NCBI GenBank assembly: GCA_002104905.1
Contig: MCFE01000434.1
Span: forward strand, 1-64,000
Length of the DNA: 64,000 nucleotides
Direction of reading: 5' to 3'
Source: Basidiobolus meristosporus CBS 931.73
Taxonomy: Eukaryota > Fungi > Basidiobolomycota
Positions 1 through 9,814 of the stretch are shown in pieces; position 1 is the first letter of the stretch; each line of letters begins with the position of its first letter. The notes beneath the pieces are model-generated. The model was not told the DNA's origin. It made no database searches and worked only from the letters and a program-made list of their open reading frames with translations. The position numbers and the translations under genes are program-made.

Positions 1-1307
1 GTCATCAATAAAAGTGATTGAACACTTCATCCTGCATAAGGATATATCTTGCATAGGTCCACACAGATCAGAGTGAATAAGACCTAATATTTTCTTGGTT
101 TTGATTAACCTGGAGCTCTTGAACAGTTGTCTGGCTTGTTTATTATATATGCAGGCTTCACAGTGCTCCAAATTAGGTGGGGGATCAGTTTTTACTCAGG
201 AAATCAGCTGATCTATGATCATTTTGCACAAATAATCAAAATTGAAGTGTCCAAATCTCCTGTGCCAAAGCATTGGTGTTTCCTCATTCAAGTTACTTAT
301 GTTGGCTTCCAGATATGATGGAATATAAGCCAACTTGTATAGATTATGACCTATGATACCCTAAGCAATATGGCAACATTTTGATCAGTGATCCTGCATC
401 CAGAATTGTCAATGCTAGACCTGAGTCCTTCTGCAGTGGCCTTGCTTACAGATAGTAGGTTCTTGGCTATTTCTGGTACATATATTACTTCTTTGAAGGT
501 CAGTGTATGGCTTCCTTCACTGTTTCTAATGTTTACTTGCATATTTTCTTCTCCCACTGCATCAAGTATCCTATTGTCACCCATGAAAACCTACTTGATT
601 GGAATTTCTTGATGTTGGGTAAAAGCTCATTTTGGTGTGTAAAGTGTTAAGATGCTCCAGAGTCATTGTACCACATGTGAGAATCCTTGTTTGTGGTCAT
701 ATTTAGTGCAGATATGAATAGTGTGTCTTCTGTTGTTGCAGTATTTCCATATGCAGGCTTCTGTTGCTGATTATCTCTCATTTGAAGCACCAGCCTAACA
801 TGTGTCCTTTCCTTTTGCAGTAATTGCAAAACAGGTTGTTGGAGCCTTTAAAGGGTCTTGAGTACCTCCTTTGTTGGTTATCATTACTTATTAAAGCATT
901 TCCTTCTTCCTACCTATTGACACTTGATTTTCATATTTCTTCTCCTGGCAGAATTTTTGTCTAAGATACATTTTGTTAGCAGCTAAACATGACTGGTATG
1001 TGTCTTCTAATGCCTTCCTGGCATTCTTTGCAGTTTTTGCTCTTGAGCATTGAATTAGCAATTTGTCATTGACATTGAGGCAAATGCAGTTAAAGGCACT
1101 TTGTTCTTTCTTCTGGTACTTTAAGGCTTCCTCTCCCACGTTTTTAGGAGGGTATTCTTCTCCCATGACAATATCCCAAAGGCCTCTTTCTTGTAGCAGC
1201 ATCTTCAACTTCACCTTCCACACTTGGTAGTTACATCCATCCAACTTTTCAGCAGAGGGAAAAATTCTAGTAATAACAGTAGTAGACATTGCAGAGAGTG
1301 ACAGCTT

Positions 1308-1320
1308 GGGGCTCATAACA
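1308..1320 (-). other. Primer-binding site, copia/Ty5 half-tRNA(iMet) type (degenerate)
   Basis: Minus strand reads TGTTATGAGCCCC immediately after the LTR end, one mismatch from the GGTTATGAGCCC-type PBS known from Ty5/copia. Confidence 0.65.
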
Positions 1321-1668
1321 TGTTGTAAGAGTCTTGGAGATATTGGAAGTGACTGGGAGAACAAGTAGATTATGTGGTTTTCACTTAATGATATATTAAA
1401 TGTAAAGTAATATTTGTACTTTTACATGGTCTTGGCATAACAAACATGTAGAATAGCTTTAGGAAGGTCTCAATAATATGTGTGCAAAGTTTGGGGCTGT
1501 TTGGAAAACTTTGAGAATCTTCATGTTCTGGGTACCTGATATTTTGGTGAAAATATTCTAGGTAAATCCCGACAAGGAATTTGGTCAGTATTCTCTAGGA
1601 TTTGAAGGTAATGATCTAAGTGACTAAGTTAGGTGAATATTTAGGTGGAATTCCAAATTTTTACAACA
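1321..1668 (-). repeat. 5' LTR (348 bp) of the copia element
   Basis: Bounded by TGTTGTAA...TTACAACA; near-identical to 61891-62239 and similar to 60775-61121; PBS-like sequence directly abuts it. Confidence 0.9.
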
Positions 1669-2161
1669 TACATGGCATATGTGTAATGCATACATGGATG
1701 AAATGTATATTTCTGGCACAATCGTGGCAAATATGAACCTGTGCCCACTTCATTATTTACAAACGGCATATTGTATTTGATTCTAATTTCTAGTGTATGG
1801 CTTGCAAGATGCTTGCCAAGAAATCCATAAATAATCGAAATACAAAATGGCATCCAATAATCCGTAAAATGGAGATGAGCAACATTGCAGATTATGCTGT
1901 TTTCCATAAATATGGAGATTAATCTAGCTGAGTATATCAGTCTGACAATAAAATCAACTCGCATTCTTGGCACTTTCCTGTTTAGTGGAATAGCACCACT
2001 GATGCCAGAGAAATGTAACACTTGGGTCTGGAGATAAGCTTGGCATCTGAATCTAAGTACATAAATATACATGCTATGCCTCGTTGTTCTATGTCCCCAA
2101 TCTTAAACAAACCAGCACCTCGCTCACCGACAAATATTGCATAGCACTCATAACTGCAAAA

Positions 2162-4129
2162 ATGGTGGTTCCTCCTCCTCCCCCTCCTCCTTCCGTATCT
2201 CTTCCAGTTTCTTTGGATTCAGCCATTTTACCAACCGAAGTTGAATTGCTTCAACCATTTACCACTATTGGTACCACTCCTGAGGACGCAATCTTCCAAT
2301 TGCGTGACTGCAAAGATGGCACTGTTCCACTGAGAGTTGTTGTTAGCCGATATCTTTCATCACCTCATCAACATAGTTTTCCCGCTGAGAAGCTATATAT
2401 GATTTTAGGTCGTCTTCGCTGCCTTTATTACTCCATATGTAAGTATAATGAAGGTGTGGCCAGCCCCACTCCTGTGTTCCTACAATACTGGAGACAAAGA
2501 ACACTGGATCAGCTGTCTGGTTTTGGTTACCAAGTCGCCAATGCAAATGAGCCAATATCTATCATTGGTTTGCGAGAGCTCATTGACAAGCTTGAGGAAG
2601 TTTTTGTTGAGGAGATTCGAAATGCCCAACAGCTGATTCAAAGTGGGCTAATTACCTTTGATGGTTTAAGTGAGTTGTTCCACCCTGAAACTCCAGTCAA
2701 AGGAGTGATTGGACTGGGAGGCACACCTGGCATATTTATGCTCACCGAGTATTACTACGAGGAACGGCGCTCCCTACTCGGCATGGAAAAGAGTTTTCAC
2801 TGGAGCATGGAGTTTGTAGTCACTATGGGAGAGCATTTCACTGTGGCCAAGTTTAGCGAAGCACTGAGCGGCTGGACAGGCGTTCGAGCACGGCCACTCT
2901 CTGAACTCTCGTACGTACCGTTAGATCCAGCTGACCGAGATACCCTTCAGAAACAAGGCGAAAAATACGTTCAATTTGGTGTGGGCGGGCCACATTACGT
3001 TGCTTACTCGCCCCACACTTTCTTTCTACACAACTCTGCTGCATCCTCAAGTGGAGCCTCCCTGTCTAGGTCTGGTGGCAGTCAACTCCCCAAAGGTGGG
3101 CGAATTATGATTGATCCAGCCCGCGGAGCACTCTTGGGACATCACGCATCACAAGGAATGGATGAGCCAACGCAGGCCATGACTCAACTCGCGGGACGTT
3201 ATAGACGGTGGAAAAATACGGCTCAGTCGACTGGCGGCTCCAGCCCAGAGACGCTGGTGCTATGGGACACTGTTCCTAATGAATTGAGGATCTTCTGCTG
3301 GCCCGCTGTGGTGGGCTTCAGCTTCTCGGCCAAGGCGTGGGGGCATGTACTGATTTCTGGCTTGGAACCTATCCAGTTCCATGATAACGCTTTTGATCAG
3401 CTAGTTCTAGCCGAGGACCGTAAGCAACTCATTCGAGCGCTGGTGCGTTATGGTGGTGATGACAACACTGACGACATAATTGGTGGGAAACGTGGGGGCA
3501 GCGTTTTTCTGCTGCATGGGCCTCCAGGGGTTGGTAAAACCCTGACCGCTGAGGCTATAGCTGAGGTGCTTCATCGTCCGCTCTACTATGTGACCATGGG
3601 AGAATTGGGCATGAATCCTGATGAAATGGAACGCAGACTCAGTGACGTGCTGGACCTATGTGCCGGTTGGAATGCGCTAGCGCTCCTAGACGAAGCAGAC
3701 GTCTTCTTGGAGCAGCGGAGCACCGCTGATATCATGAGGAACGCCATGGTATGCGTGATGTTGCGTCTTTTAGAATACCACCCCGGTATTTTGTTTCTCA
3801 CCACCAATCGAGTGCGCACCTTCGATCCTGCCTTTGAGAGCCGAGTGACTGTTGCCCTGCGCTACGAACAATTGACCGTTGAGTCACGCATTCAGGTCTG
3901 GAAGAATCTGCTACAACGTGTCAGCATTCCTATAGCCAGCGATTTGAAGTATGAGGCACTAGGGAACCACGTTCTGAATGGAAGGCAGATAAAGAACGCC
4001 GTACGTTTGGCCGTGGCACTGGCCAAGGAGCAAGAAAGCCCCGTCACCCAGTCTATCCTAGAAACAACACTAAAAATCACCCACTTGGGCAGAGCAGAGA
4101 TGAAGAATGACGACTCCTGGAAAGAGTAG
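2162..4129 (+). CDS. Fungal-type AAA+ ATPase (DUF7025-like N-region plus AAA domain), intronless
   Basis: Walker A GPPGVGKT, Walker B LLDEAD, LEYHPGILFLTTNR, DPAFESR, NGRQIKN; ITFDGLSELF motif upstream. ORF track starts at a TTG (2084); first ATG is 2162 (MVVPPPPPPP). Confidence 0.85.
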   Translation: MVVPPPPPPPSVSLPVSLDSAILPTEVELLQPFTTIGTTPEDAIFQLRDCKDGTVPLRVVVSRYLSSPHQHSFPAEKLYMILGRLRCLYYSICKYNEGVASPTPVFLQYWRQRTLDQLSGFGYQVANANEPISIIGLRELIDKLEEVFVEEIRNAQQLIQSGLITFDGLSELFHPETPVKGVIGLGGTPGIFMLTEYYYEERRSLLGMEKSFHWSMEFVVTMGEHFTVAKFSEALSGWTGVRARPLSELSYVPLDPADRDTLQKQGEKYVQFGVGGPHYVAYSPHTFFLHNSAASSSGASLSRSGGSQLPKGGRIMIDPARGALLGHHASQGMDEPTQAMTQLAGRYRRWKNTAQSTGGSSPETLVLWDTVPNELRIFCWPAVVGFSFSAKAWGHVLISGLEPIQFHDNAFDQLVLAEDRKQLIRALVRYGGDDNTDDIIGGKRGGSVFLLHGPPGVGKTLTAEAIAEVLHRPLYYVTMGELGMNPDEMERRLSDVLDLCAGWNALALLDEADVFLEQRSTADIMRNAMVCVMLRLLEYHPGILFLTTNRVRTFDPAFESRVTVALRYEQLTVESRIQVWKNLLQRVSIPIASDLKYEALGNHVLNGRQIKNAVRLAVALAKEQESPVTQSILETTLKITHLGRAEMKNDDSWKE

Positions 4130-4468
4130 TGATTAATTGATTTCATTGCTGTTAACGTTAACGTTGTAAGGCTGCCAGTTACACCTTGTATTGTAGATTA
4201 TAAAATATGAACAAAACAATAACTTGCCACGATATTTGTCAATTCTTGAACTGGGCCAAGTACAATACAGGTCTAACAGATCTAAACCCCACGATATTAC
4301 CGTAATATTCCCAGGCATATATCACCACTCTTCTTGTCTATAACATTACACAATACCATAAATCCTGGGGAATACGTGAGGTGGGAATTGATATCTGGAG
4401 TAAATAGTCAGGTTTCCCCAGTCAAGAATTTGGCTTCTGCCTGCACTCTGCTCCCATACTTGTAGTTT

Positions 4469-6140
4469 ATGCTTTTGATACTTGTTGTTGTTAGTCTTGC
4501 CTTTGTGGTACTCTGGGACAGATATCTAAAGAATAGTCAATATTCTCATTTACCAGGGCCAAAGGGTATTCCCTTACTTGGGAATGTCCTACAGTTACGC
4601 TTTGAGTATCTGATAAGAGATTTCGAAGGCTGGGCTTGGAAATACGGGAGTGTTTTTCAATTAAGTTTCCTACATAAGCCGTGCTTGCTTATATCAGATG
4701 CTCAAATGTGCCAAGAAATCTTGAAAGCAAGACCAGATGGCTTCTCACGTGGTGCAGGAATGGCCAAGGCAGCCAAGGAGCTTGAAATCAATGGAGTTTT
4801 TACTCTTGAAGGCGATGAATGGAGACATTCAAGATACTGGATTGCTTCAGCGTTTGCCAAAAGCAAAGTCCTGGAGTTTAAAAAGTGTATGTGGCATCAT
4901 TCAAAGAATTTGGTCACAAAGCTTCGAGAGATTTCAGAGAACCAGAAGGAGCTTCTTGGCAACAAGCAGCTCGATGATGTTCCCTCAAGTAAATTTCCAA
5001 TGAAGCATCAATATTCAGAAGTTGATTTAACTCAAAGCATCATCAGTGAGATTCAAACAACAGTTCTCTCGATTCTATGTGACATTTCCTTCTCCTGGGG
5101 AGAGCAAAACTTTCTTTCGCAGGACATGCTGGCTGGAAGCAAAGTTCTACTGGCCAGAATGTTTGAGCGTGCCAATACTACGTTCCCACTCTGGAAAATC
5201 TATCAAAGCCCTAGAGACTTGATTGCCTCCCGAGTAAGAGCCAAGTTTGCACACAAAATCCAGGAGTTGATTGATAATAGGACCCAGTCCCAAGGAACCC
5301 TCGAGTCCAAGACCTTCCTTGAAACACTGATAAAAAGCACACTCGAGGCCGATGGAGAGACAGATGATTTGTCAGAAAAACGCCGGCGAATGCATAAGTT
5401 GACGCACGATCAAATGAAGGCCAATTTGTTGACTCTAGTTGTGGGCGGATATGGTAACGGCCGCTGGGCACTGGCTACATCGGAGCAGTTTGATTCTAAC
5501 AGCTGATTTCTCTATAGAGACGACAGGGACTGTGATGAGCTGGATTCTGTATGAACTAGCCAAAAACCCGAGCTATCAAGAAAGAATCCGCCGTGAATTG
5601 AAGCAGGCCTTTGGCGATGTCAACCAGCTGGATATTGATCAGGATTTCGAAGCCGCTGAGAAAGCACTCAATTCCCCAGAGATTCACCTTCCATTCATCA
5701 ATGCTCTGATCCAAGAAACACTGCGTCTTCATGCCGTGGTCCCCATCTTCCAACTGACTGCGCTCCAGGACCATGAGATTCAGGGAGTCCATATCACCAA
5801 GGGAACCGAGATATTCCTTCTTACCCGGGTTGCAGCTCTGCGCTCGTGGCCAGCCTCTGATCCATTCAAGTTCAACCCTGACCAGTGGCTAGGACAAAGT
5901 GAAAGCCAAACAAGGACCATGCACCAGCTGGGCTTCACATTTGGCCATGGGCCTCGGGTGTGCCCGGGGCGACACCTTGCAGAATCCGAACTGGTAGTGC
6001 TGATCACCTTCATCAGCGCCAACTTCCAGCTATCGCTGATTGACATACCGCCTGCCGAGGAACCGGTTATGGAGAAAATGCAGTTCACCACTTATCCAGC
6101 CAACCTTCATATTCGCATTGCGCCATTCACCATGGAATGA
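4469..6140 (+). CDS. Cytochrome P450, two exons (intron 5454-5517)
   Basis: N-terminal TM anchor, PGPKGIPLLGN hinge, I-helix GGY|ETT restored by removing GTAACG...CTAAC...TATAG intron, ETLR (ExxR), PDQW, heme motif FGHGPRVCPG. Confidence 0.93.
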
Positions 6141-6306
6141 CCACTGCTGAGGAGAAAGGGCATATCCGGCTAACCTTCAGCTCTGCATGCCAAGTGTGGT
6201 TACAATTCAAAATGGAAGCCTTTACTTTCAGAAATCACTTAATTTTACAACAAAGAAATGGTGGTGTCAGATATATAGTATATATAATATACATTGCATT
6301 ATAAAA

Positions 6307-7572
6307 TCAATCCGAGTCAACATCAGGAACATCCTGCATTCTCATAAATACTCCCGAGTCGCTCTTGACTAGAATCGGAGGGTTCGAATATTGCTCTTTG
6401 TATTCGATGAGTGTGTCAAGGGAAATGTCGACACCCCCTGTTATTACTACGACGATATTCATGTTTTCGTCAAGGTTGGGAAGAAACTTCTGGATACTGC
6501 GGCTGTACAGTACCGACAACGCGGCTCCGGTGCCAGCATCAACGATCATTTGATGGTCGTCTATGTTATGTTTGGAGTTAGCTTTTGCATGGTCAAGAGT
6601 CGAGAAGCGACATTACCGGCAAATCTGCAACATGCATCGGCTGCCATAGAGTCGGTGACGGAAAGCGGCAAGGAGGGATGCATAAAAGCTAGCTCCAAGG
6701 CCCGACTGCATACCTGGCGAATCTCTAAGCCCTTTATTAAGGCTTGTGGGTGGTCTAGCTTAATGGACTGGCCAGCTCTGATGGAAGCCTGAAAGCTGTT
6801 GCTCAGGTGCGTTTCTGCTACGATCACAGGAACTAGCCATATGGGATCAGTGTCTGTTGGTTCTGAACTTTTACTGACAGTAGTATTACCTCTCTCCCAG
6901 CCGCAGCTACGTAGCCCCTCAATTACGCCGCTCATCAAGTCGCCGCCGCCCATAGGACAGATCACGGCATCTGGACACTGAAATGGTGCGCCTTCACTAA
7001 ACTCATTTATCATGGAGGAAATCCCCTCCCAGATATCTGGATCGTCATATGGATGGATGTATTTCGAATTTGGAGTGTTTTGAACAAACTCCCTGGCGAG
7101 ATTCTCGGCCTCCTCGAAACCCTGATGTGGTGATCAGTAAGAAGTATGCTTTCGCTAGAATTAAAGAGATCACTGTACCCCCTCCACCTCAACCACTGAG
7201 GCCCTTTCTAGACCCATGGTTTTGCGCATTCTCTCGCTTAATTGTGAGCTGACAAACACCGTGGTTGGGACATTGAGTCGACGGCCAGCATATGCCAACG
7301 CCCAGCATGAGTCTATGTCCCCAGAGATAACTAGCCTATTGACATCCTCGGTCAGAAGTGCTTTCACACAGGCGTGGCTGATCCCTCTGTACTTGAAAAT
7401 TTAGAAGCCGGATAGACCCTAGTGGCTACTGTAAAAGGTACCTGAGTTTGTACGAGCTTGTGGATTGGAAGTTCTCCAACTTCAGCCACACGTTACTAAA
7501 AGTCGACGATTGGGGTCGGTTAACACTGGACGCACTCGGTTCCAAATATGCTGGCAGTTTTTCTCTTACCAT
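6307..7572 (-). CDS. Serine/threonine dehydratase-like PLP fold-II enzyme, atypical active-site motifs; multi-exon
   Basis: Manual minus-strand translation gives VWLKLENFQSTSSYKLR|GI (PLP lysine), ALAYAGRRLNVPTTVFV, CPMGGGDLMSGVIEG, VTDSMAADACCRFA, AGTGAALSVLYS, VVVITGG. Start codon 7572 is my best guess. Confidence 0.8.
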
Positions 7573-8226
7573 CCCACATGTTCGCTCAGATGTGTAGAGA
7601 AGAGCAACGGTGTCAGATTGTATAAGCTTGGTATTTCCATTGTTTGCAATGCGTTACAAACGAAATCAAACGAACGCAAGTATGCTGAGTGCTATATGAA
7701 TGCAAAATAGTTGAAGTCGCCTTTGGTGTCCTATCGAAGGAGAAAGTCTGTCACTAAATGAGTGCTTGAAGAGGCCTTGAAGCCCTTAGGTCTAGGAAGT
7801 CTGGGAGAGAATCGTCTATAGTACTGATGCATGTAGCGATTATCTTGGGCACATAAATCTGGTGTTTGTTGACAGTTTAATTGTTTTGATCTTTGTTGTT
7901 GTTTCCATGTTGCTCAACGGCGGTATGGTTAATTATGGGGTAGGGTCAGTGGTCAGTGGCTGAAAATGCATAGGCACCTAGCAACAATCGATGTGCCAGT
8001 GTTTTACCATCCAAATTGACACATGCCTCACTCATAACACTTTTATGCAGAGTTCACCAGGATTTAACCAGATTGATTACTCCGCTGTGGAGGAGATATG
8101 CGAAAATTTCGGGATTTTTTTCACCAAATTTCTCAGATATATGTTATCATTTATTCCTAGTCTCTGAATCAAGTACACGCACGAGAAGTCTCACCACACC
8201 CATCGTCCAACAAGGCCTCTTGCGAC

Positions 8227-9458
8227 ATGAAGTTAACCGCTGATTTAATTACGCGTTCACCTTCTTACATTAATGCGATCAAAGACAGAGAATTAGATCT
8301 GAGGGGTATCCTTTCCAGTATACTTGATTACGAGTTCCTACTTGGGGCAATTACGTGATGTAACTTTCGTTTACTATTTTGAACCATCTTCAATGGGTGC
8401 GTTTTTCTTTCTTATCCAATGGCAAGGTGAATTGCTCCAAAAAGACAATCACTTCCCGAGACTCTTGATGAATACAAGAAAGCTCGGGACCCATTCAACC
8501 GTTTCTTTCACGAAACATCGCTCCAGACTATATTATTCTTAACTATTATTTCTCTGCTCTTTTTACGTTATATAGGTAATAAAATCCCAGTCTTGGAAAA
8601 CCTTGGCGTGACAAAGGTTAGTCTCCCTTGGTGCGCTCGGATCTACATAAGCAACGCCCTAACCTCTTTCGCGTCCTTACAAAGGATCAAAATGATACCA
8701 TCGACTTGACTGACAATAGCATCCAATACCTCGGCAACTTCCCCTTGCTACGTCGTCTCCACACTTTGTTGTTGTCCAACAATCGCATCTCACGCATTGA
8801 AACAACCCTCTCCAAGTACTTGCCGAACCTTCGTACACTCGTGCTCACCAACAATTCCATCAGTGAGCTTGGGGATTTAGAAGGATTGTCTGGATTGTCC
8901 AAGTTGACCTACCTGAGTTTGATCGATAACCCAGTCACAAAGAAGAATTACTATAGAAGTTGGTTGATCTGGAAGATACCGACACTTAGAGTAATTGATT
9001 TCAAGAGAGTCAAGGATGCGGTAATTACACAGCTATGCATACGTGATGGTAAAAGCATGGTTTGCTGACTGAGACGCGTCAATGCTAGGAACGTCAAGAG
9101 GCGCAGAAGCTATTCCAATCCAAGAATGGAGAGGTGACCTCCCTTGCGAAATCTATTTTGGAGACCACATCCAAGACCTTCGAACCGGGAGAGGAGCTCT
9201 CGGGCTCAGGTTCCAAACCCAGCATTCCTGCCTTGGGTTTATCAACGGAAGAGCAGGCCAAGATCAAAGTATATCTATCTGACTGATTCTTCTCAACCCC
9301 TCCATTGAGTATTAAGCCAATTCACTTGTTAACAGGAAGCCATCAAGCATGCCTCCACGCTGGATGAGATTGCTTATTTAGAAAAGCAGTTGCGTTCAGG
9401 CCAGATGCCAGGGCAGACTGCCGACGATGACAACGAAGTAGAAATGGACGAAGAGTAG
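8227..9458 (+). CDS. LEA1: U2 snRNP protein A' (LRR), multi-exon
   Basis: MKLTADLITRSPSYINAIKDRELDLRG|NKIPVLENLGVTK|DQNDTIDLTDN...LIDNPVTKKNYYRSWLIWKIPTLRVIDFKRVK; canonical U2A'/SNRPA1 sequence. Confidence 0.93.
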
Positions 9459-9814
9459 GTTTTTCAAAATGTACACATTCCCCTCAACCGTTTGAGAAAC
9501 CGATGGCTTTCTCACCCAACAACGATCAAAAGCCAGGAAAGATGTATTCATTGTAGTGTAATAAAAGCATCTTATTTTACGTTTTACTCTCACGCGTTCC
9601 AGAATGGTCTACTATTGATTTGGGTGGAGAGTAATCGGGAAAGCAATCGAAAATCTGGAAATAAAGTTAACGTATCAACTCAAAACACATCACTAATCCC
9701 AATTCTGCTCGAGGTGACCGACCCAGTCAATAATTTTCAAAGCTGCCAGAGTGAAGGACGAGCTATTTGTTGCTTCTTATTCACTCCCTTCTAGTTTGTT
9801 GAGCAAGTCAAGCA

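Larger units (their letters stand above)
1..1668 (-). mobile_element. Degenerate Ty1/copia LTR retrotransposon, 5' part (LTR, PBS, gag, protease/GAG-pre-integrase, start of integrase); runs off the window
   Basis: Minus-strand ORF 891-1364 has the copia gag N-terminus (KLDGCNYQVWKVKLKMLLQERGLWDIV); 351-829 has Pol_BBD/protease-like residues (WYNDSGAS; YVPEIAKNLLSVSK); reverse complement of 1-80 reads IHSDLCGPM...TFIDD (integrase core). Reading frames are broken by stops/frameshifts. Confidence 0.9.

Noticed and set aside
1641-2072. 143-aa minus-strand ORF between the LTR and the AAA ATPase
   Set aside because: Starts from a non-ATG codon in the track, runs into the LTR, no motif recognised.
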